This document shows positions 26,759 to 32,137 of a stretch of DNA of 32,137 nt, in pieces. The position numbers and the translations under genes were made by a program. A model generated the notes under the pieces. It ran no database searches, was not told the origin of the DNA, and was given only the letters and a program-made list of their open reading frames with translations. Origin of the DNA: Polyangiales bacterium (GTDB lineage: Bacteria; Myxococcota_A; Polyangia; Polyangiales; Houyiibacteriaceae); the NCBI GenBank assembly GCA_045106895.1, contig JBGCFM010000228.1:1-32137 (forward strand), in the 5' to 3' direction. Numbering within the stretch: the first letter of the stretch is position 1; each line of letters opens with the position of its first letter.

Positions 26759-28134
26759 CCGATTCGAACAACAACGGCTACGAACAGCTTCTCAAGCTCG
26801 GCGAAGAAGCCGTCGCCTCGGCCCTTGATAAGGGGGCAACGCTCGCGGAAGCATCCATTCGTGAAGGCTCCCACCTCTCGACAAAGGTACGCCTCGGCAA
26901 AGCGGAGCTCGTCGAAGAAGCGGGCTCTAGGGCCCTCGGCATGCGCGTGATGATCGGCCAACAGGTGGCCGTGACCTACACGAGTGACCTTAGCGATTCC
27001 GGTCGCGCTCGCCTCGTCGAAGACGCCATCGAGCTCGCCAAGCTCAGTCAGCCAGACCCCTTCGCCGGCGCTCCCGACGCGTCACTACTCTCCAAGACCT
27101 CCGAACACGTCGACCTCGATACCTTCGACGCGGACATGGACCAGCTCGACGGCGCGGAGGCGCTTCGTCGCGCCATCGAGTGCGAAGACGCTGCGCTCAA
27201 GTACGACAAACGCATCACCAACAGCGAGGGTGGCACGTTCACCCGCGCGAGCGGACGCAGTGTCCTGGTCACAAGTGGCGGCTTCCGCGGCTCGTCCCGT
27301 GGCACGTACGCCTCCTTGGTAGTGCAGCCCGTCGCCGACGACGAAGACGCCAAGAAGCGTACTGGATCCCACTGGGGAGCACGCCGGCACCTCGCAGAGC
27401 TCGAGAGCGCGAAGAGCATCGGCGAAGAAGCGGCGCGCCGGACGCTGCGAAAGCTCGGTGCGAAGAAGATCCCTTCCCAGGAGCTCCCCGTCGTCTTCGA
27501 TCCGGACGCTGCACGCTCGATTCTTGGTCTCCTCGCCGGTTGCGTCATGGGCGGCGGAATCTGGCGCCGAACGTCGTATCTACTCGATCGCCTCGGCACG
27601 CAGGTCGCGTCGTCGAAGGTCACCATCGTCGATGACCCGCTCATCCCGCGCGCGTCCGGTAGCCGCGCCTACGACGGCGAAGGTCTGCTCTCCCGGAAGA
27701 ACGTCGTAGTTCAGAACGGCGAGCTCAAGACCTATCTCATGGACAGCTACGCAGCCCGAAAGCTCGACATGGAGAGCACCGCCTCCGCTTCGCGCGGCGC
27801 CAGCGGCGGCGTCGGCGCTTCGACGTCCAACTTCATTATGCAGCCCGGAACGATGTCTCCGGAAGAACTCATCGCCGACACCGGGCGCGGCCTCTACGTC
27901 ACCTCGATGATGGGCTTCGGCTTCAACGGTGTCACCGGCGACTTCTCCCGCGGTGCCGCAGGTTTCATGATCGAAAACGGAGAGCTGACCTTCCCCGTCA
28001 GCGAGGTCACCATCAGCCTCAACCTCGATGAGATCTTCAAACGCATCGACGCCGTGGCCTCGGACCTCGACCTGCGTACCTCGACGGCGAGCCCTACGTT
28101 CCGCGTGTCTGGAATGACCATCGCCGGCACCTGA
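26755..28134 (+). CDS. pmbA: TldE/PmbA subunit
   Basis: ITNSEG, DGEGL, TGDFSRGAAGF, PVSEVTI; no HExxH; ATGA overlap with tldD. Confidence 0.92.
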
Positions 28135-28141
28135 GGCTGGC

Positions 28142-29590
28142 ATGCGAGTGGACAAGCGGCTCGACAGACTCCTCCCCATCGCGAAGTGGCCCAGCGCCGA
28201 GGAAGCGCGCGGCATGAAGTGGTTTTCGCCACTTCGTGCGGGCCGGCTCTCGCTCGCCACACGGACATGGGTTCCAGCGATGGTGCCATGGCGCGCCGAA
28301 CCCACCGGCGAGGTGACCCCAGCGGTCATCGAGTGGTATCGGCGCTTCGCGGAAGGGCGTCCAGGCGCCATCGTCGTCGAGGCTACGGGCATCCGCGACA
28401 TCCCAAGCGGGCCGCTCCTTCGCATCGGCCACGAACGCTTCGTGGACGGCTTGCGCCAGCTCACCGAAGCGGTCCGCGAGGCAAGTGGCGGCGACACCCG
28501 CCTCTTCATTCAGCTCATCGACTTCCTCGCGGTGAAACGACGACCTCCACGTGAGAAGTTCATCCGGCGTTTCTTAGAGATCGATGACGCGCTCCGCGAG
28601 CGATTACCCGCCGAGCTTCAATCTGCGAGTGAAGACGCCATCCGAGACGCGATGATCGTCGACCCCACGTTGGACGCCGCGCTTGATTCCCGGACGCGTA
28701 GCAGCTTGGACTATGGATTCCGCCAGCGCGTCGACGACATGGAGGCCCCTGACATCGAAAGCCTCCCACGCACGCTCCCGTCGCTCTTCGCGGACGCCGC
28801 CGCGCGCGCCGAAGCGGCGGGTTTCGACGGGGTGGAACTCCACTACGCGCACGCCTACACCATGGCCAGCTTCCTTAGCGCCACGAACCAACGTGATGAC
28901 GGTTACGGCGGCGCGCGTGAGCAGCGCGTGCGACTCCCCCTCGAGGTCTTCCACAAGGTCAGGGGCGCCGTCAGCGACGAGTTCGTCGTTGGCGCTCGTT
29001 TCTTGGGCGACGAGGTTATCTCGGGCGGCAGCCACCTCGAAGACGCCCGCTACTTTGGGCGTCGCTTTGCCGAAGCGGGGATGGACTTCCTCTCGGTGTC
29101 CAAAGGCGGCAAGTTTGACGACGCGAAACAGCCAAGGGTCGGCGAGGCGGTGTATCCCTACACGGGCCCAAGCGGCCACGAGTGCATGCCCACGGTGAAG
29201 ATCGAAGGCGGCCCTTTCGGTCGCAACCTCGGCCTCGCGGAAGCGATTCGCCATGACATTCGCGCCGCAAACCTGAACACACCCATCGTCGGCGCCGGTG
29301 GTATTGCGAGCCCGTGGCAAGCCGAAGACGCGCTACAGCGAGGACAAGCGGACATCGTCGCCGCCGCGCGTCAGTCCCTCGCCGATCCGGACTGGTTCGC
29401 CAAGATCCGTGCGGGTCGTGGTGAAGAAGTCCGCCGCTGTTACTTCACCAACTACTGCGAAGGTCTCGACCAAAAACACAAAGCCGTGACGTGCCAACGT
29501 TGGGACCGTGACTTCGCCACAGGTGATGGCGCGCCGAGAAGCGCCGACGGAAAGCGTCGACTCACGGCTCCTCGCTGGCGTCCGCTCTAG
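28142..29590 (+). CDS. NADH:flavin oxidoreductase / old yellow enzyme family protein
   Basis: WVPAMV, VVEATG, GFDGVELHYAHAY, NQRDDGYGG, AGGI, ARQSLADPDW. Confidence 0.88.
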   Translation: MRVDKRLDRLLPIAKWPSAEEARGMKWFSPLRAGRLSLATRTWVPAMVPWRAEPTGEVTPAVIEWYRRFAEGRPGAIVVEATGIRDIPSGPLLRIGHERFVDGLRQLTEAVREASGGDTRLFIQLIDFLAVKRRPPREKFIRRFLEIDDALRERLPAELQSASEDAIRDAMIVDPTLDAALDSRTRSSLDYGFRQRVDDMEAPDIESLPRTLPSLFADAAARAEAAGFDGVELHYAHAYTMASFLSATNQRDDGYGGAREQRVRLPLEVFHKVRGAVSDEFVVGARFLGDEVISGGSHLEDARYFGRRFAEAGMDFLSVSKGGKFDDAKQPRVGEAVYPYTGPSGHECMPTVKIEGGPFGRNLGLAEAIRHDIRAANLNTPIVGAGGIASPWQAEDALQRGQADIVAAARQSLADPDWFAKIRAGRGEEVRRCYFTNYCEGLDQKHKAVTCQRWDRDFATGDGAPRSADGKRRLTAPRWRPL

Positions 29591-29748
29591 AGCCCATCTC
29601 ATAACTACGCACGGCCACATTGCGGCCGGAGCACACCGCCTTCGCTCATCCCCTCAGCTCAAAAATGCCCCACAGTTCATCGCTTCGCGGACAGCTAAAT
29701 CGAAGCACTCTGACCAAAATGTGGCCGTAGTTATGAGATGGGCTCTAG
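29587..29748. mobile_element. MITE (non-autonomous, IS5-like ends); 154 bp between two CTAG copies
   Basis: CTAGAGCCCATCTCATAACTACG (29587-29609) is the exact reverse complement of 29726-29748. Pairing continues after a 4-nt bulge (GCCACATT/AATGTGGC). CTAG at 29587-29590 and 29745-29748; no transposase. Confidence 0.75.
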
Positions 29749-29756
29749 TGTGAGAA

Positions 29757-30365
29757 CTAGTCCTCCGCGAATTGTGCGACGAGCGCGTCGTGCACCTCTT
29801 GAACCTGCGCTTCTGTCTCTTCGAGGGTGCCGTCGTTCATGACGAGGTAGTCCGCGAGGGCTTCTTTGTCCGCCAGTGAGAGCTGGCTTGCGATTCGTGC
29901 GCGAGCGGCGTCCTCATCGGACGCGTCACGCTGAACCAGACGCTCCAGCTGCACAGCCTCCGGAACGCTGACGACAACCAGCGCCGCAAACGCTTTGTGG
30001 ATCTTGTTCTCGACGAGGAGCGCCGCTTCGTAGAGAACATAGGGAACATCCAGTTTCGAGGCTTCCCCAAGCTGCCGCTGGGACTCCATCGCGATGCGCG
30101 GATGAATGATGGCGTTGAGCTTCTTCCGCGCGTCCTCGTCCCCGAACACGAGGGCGCCGAGCTTCTTCCGATCGAGGACGTCGCCAGCGAGGACCTCCGC
30201 CCCGAAGGTCTTCACGATCTCCGTAAGCGCGGGCTGTCCAGGCATCACGACATCGCGCGCCACTTGGTCGGCATCGACGACAGGAATTCCGCGCGCACGA
30301 AAGAACTCAGCGACAGTGGACTTCCCCGTCGCGATACCACCTGTGAGACCCACTCTTTTTGCCAC
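29757..30365 (-). CDS. coaE: Dephospho-CoA kinase
   Basis: VGLTGGIATGKS P-loop, VDADQVAR, LDRKKLG, IIHPRI, RIASQ, NDG. GTG start at 30365. Confidence 0.95.
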   Translation of the reverse strand: MAKRVGLTGGIATGKSTVAEFFRARGIPVVDADQVARDVVMPGQPALTEIVKTFGAEVLAGDVLDRKKLGALVFGDEDARKKLNAIIHPRIAMESQRQLGEASKLDVPYVLYEAALLVENKIHKAFAALVVVSVPEAVQLERLVQRDASDEDAARARIASQLSLADKEALADYLVMNDGTLEETEAQVQEVHDALVAQFAED

Positions 30366-30409
30366 GATCGTTCCCGTCTCATGCAGAAGCGCATGTATGA
30401 TGCCGGCGC

Positions 30410-30859
30410 ATGCGCGCAGTGGTTCAACGAGTATCGGATGCCAGCGTCCGTGTCGACGGAGAGGTCGTCGGCTCCATCGAAGCTGGTCTTTTGGTCTATG
30501 TCGGCGTCGGGCCAAAGGATGGCAAAGCGGAGCTCGACTATATGTCCCGCAAGATCGCCGGCCTTCGCATCTTCCAGGACGATGAAGGCCGGATGAGCCT
30601 TTCGGTTCAAGACGTCGGCGGCTCCGTTCTCCTCGTCTCCCAGTTCACTCTTTATGGCGACGTTCGTAAGGGGAGGAGGCCTTCATTCATGGGTGCAGCC
30701 GGTCCGGAGCACGCAAACGAGCAATATGAGGCTCTGGCCGAGTCGCTTGCTCAGACCGGCTTAAACGTCGCCAAAGGTCGCTTTCGGGCAGATATGCGTG
30801 TCTCGTCCACCAACGTTGGCCCCGTTACTCTTCTCCTCGACTCCGAAAAGACGTTCTGA
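30410..30859 (+). CDS. dtd: D-aminoacyl-tRNA deacylase
   Basis: MRAVVQRV, LRIF, VSQFTLYGD, KGRRPSF, NVGPVT (Gly-cisPro motif). Confidence 0.96.
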   Translation: MRAVVQRVSDASVRVDGEVVGSIEAGLLVYVGVGPKDGKAELDYMSRKIAGLRIFQDDEGRMSLSVQDVGGSVLLVSQFTLYGDVRKGRRPSFMGAAGPEHANEQYEALAESLAQTGLNVAKGRFRADMRVSSTNVGPVTLLLDSEKTF

Positions 30860-31875
30860 TGCTCCGATACGAGATCCGCGCCGTGACCCGCCAGGACAAG
30901 GGCGATCTCCTCGAACTCGCTCGCTTCCTCGACTCCGTCAACCTTCCGAATGACCCGGAGGCGATACAGCCCATCATCGCGAAGTCCGAAGATTCGTTCA
31001 TGGGGAGCATCGACGACCCCAAACGGCGCGAATACGTGTTTGTCCTCTACGATCACGAAGAGAAGAGGGCGGTGGGGACTTCCCTCATCGTTGGTCAGCT
31101 TGGGCGTCGGGACGCTCCCTACATCTATCTCACGGTTGGCAAAGAGGAGCGTTACAGCCAAACCCTCGACAAGCACTTCATCCACCAGGTCCTCTCCATC
31201 GGTTACTCCTACGAGGGCCCCACGGAGATTGGCGGCCTCGTCATGCACCCTGATTACCGGCGAAATACCGGGAAACTCGGAATGCAGATCAGTTACGTCC
31301 GCTTTCTCTTCATCGCGATGGAGAGAGCATGCTTTCGGGACCGGATCCTCGCAGAGCTCCTCCCCCCTCTTCAGCCCGACGGTACCTCACACCTCTGGGA
31401 AGCTGTGGGTCGCCGCTTCACGGGCATGGACTACCGAGCCGCCGACCGCCTCTCCCGCGAGAACAAAGAGTTCATCCGCGGCCTCTTTCCTGATGGCGAC
31501 ATCTACACGAGCCTCCTCTCCGATGAAGCCCAAGGGGTCATCGGCAAAGTGGGAGCGCAGACGCGAGGCGTCGAAAAGCTCCTCCGTCGCATCGGTTTTC
31601 GCTATGTAAACCGCGTGGATCCCTTCGATGGCGGGCCGCACTTCTTGGCTGAAACAGACCAAATTACCCTAGTAAATGCCGTTAAAGAGTGCGCCGTTCG
31701 TTTTGGGGAGCGAGCCGATCGCGTCATGCTCGGCACGCGCTATCCAGTCGCTCCCTACTTCCGAGCCGCTGCATTCCACGGCGTCATTGAGGGTGAAGAA
31801 GTGGTCATTAACCCCGAAGAAGCCGCGAGTTTTGACCTTCGCGAGGGCGATATCGTCCACGCCCTCCCCATTTAA
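30859..31875 (+). CDS. astA: Arginine N-succinyltransferase (AstA family)
   Basis: NLPND, YVFVL, GPTEIGGLVMHPDYR, RFLFIA, AEL...SHLWEAVGRRF, ADRLS, VDPFDGGP. TGATG overlap with dtd. Confidence 0.88.
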   Translation: MLRYEIRAVTRQDKGDLLELARFLDSVNLPNDPEAIQPIIAKSEDSFMGSIDDPKRREYVFVLYDHEEKRAVGTSLIVGQLGRRDAPYIYLTVGKEERYSQTLDKHFIHQVLSIGYSYEGPTEIGGLVMHPDYRRNTGKLGMQISYVRFLFIAMERACFRDRILAELLPPLQPDGTSHLWEAVGRRFTGMDYRAADRLSRENKEFIRGLFPDGDIYTSLLSDEAQGVIGKVGAQTRGVEKLLRRIGFRYVNRVDPFDGGPHFLAETDQITLVNAVKECAVRFGERADRVMLGTRYPVAPYFRAAAFHGVIEGEEVVINPEEAASFDLREGDIVHALPI

Positions 31876-32137
31876 GGATCATCCACGCGACATTTGGGAA
31901 ACACTCGTCCGACAACGGTTCTTCATGCGCCACATTTGGCACCAAGCGAGCAATCTTGGATCTTTCGACCAAGCGAGCTTGCCTCCCCCCTCCTCGATGC
32001 TAGACATCGCCTCCCGCAGGGAACTGCCCTCGGGAGTTTTGACAACCCAAGAGTGATTTTGTGAGGCGTGAAGCGCGCCCTAAAAGAACGCGCTTCGAAC
32101 TTCGAAACTTCTTCAACGAAGACAAAAGAATCTCTTG

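Noticed and set aside
29587..29748. Retron msr-msd (a1/a2 inverted repeats) or tRNA
   Set aside because: No reverse transcriptase adjacent and no cloverleaf; CTAG flanks and IS-like ends fit a MITE better.
32068..32137. Possible CDS start GTG AAG CGC... (MKRALKERASNF...) running off the window end
   Set aside because: Only 23 codons visible, atypical codon usage, no recognisable motif.

Overview
GC-rich bacterial chromosomal window. Gene content (two transmembrane Hanks-type Ser/Thr kinases, a stand-alone PilZ protein, Cys-rich and CAP lipoproteins, a VIT-vWA protein with an AgmX/PglI-like C-terminus, a REC-DUF4388 protein) points to a myxobacterium, probably Polyangiales-like; this is inference, not a taxonomic search. 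About 31 CDSs are supportable. Housekeeping/metabolic genes: ttcA, a thiolase, a wbpB/wbpD/wbpE-like diamino-uronate trio, tldD-pmbA, an old-yellow-enzyme flavoprotein, coaE, dtd and astA. Envelope/signalling genes: a PilZ-kinase-Cys-rich lipoprotein run, and a co-directional SPFH/zinc-ribbon - Cys-rich mini-protein - kinase - CAP - IPT/TIG - membrane-anchored response regulator run. One clear non-coding mobile element: a 154-bp MITE flanked by CTAG, with a 23-bp perfect inverted repeat (counting the CTAG), sitting at the stop codon of the OYE gene. No rRNA, tRNA, CRISPR array, transposase, integrase or phage genes were seen. Best novelty candidates: (i) the same four-Cys module in an exported protein next to each receptor-like kinase, (ii) a 961-aa membrane-spanning response regulator with tandem-repeat spacers, (iii) the MITE. 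All domain calls come from motif recognition by eye and need HMM confirmation.
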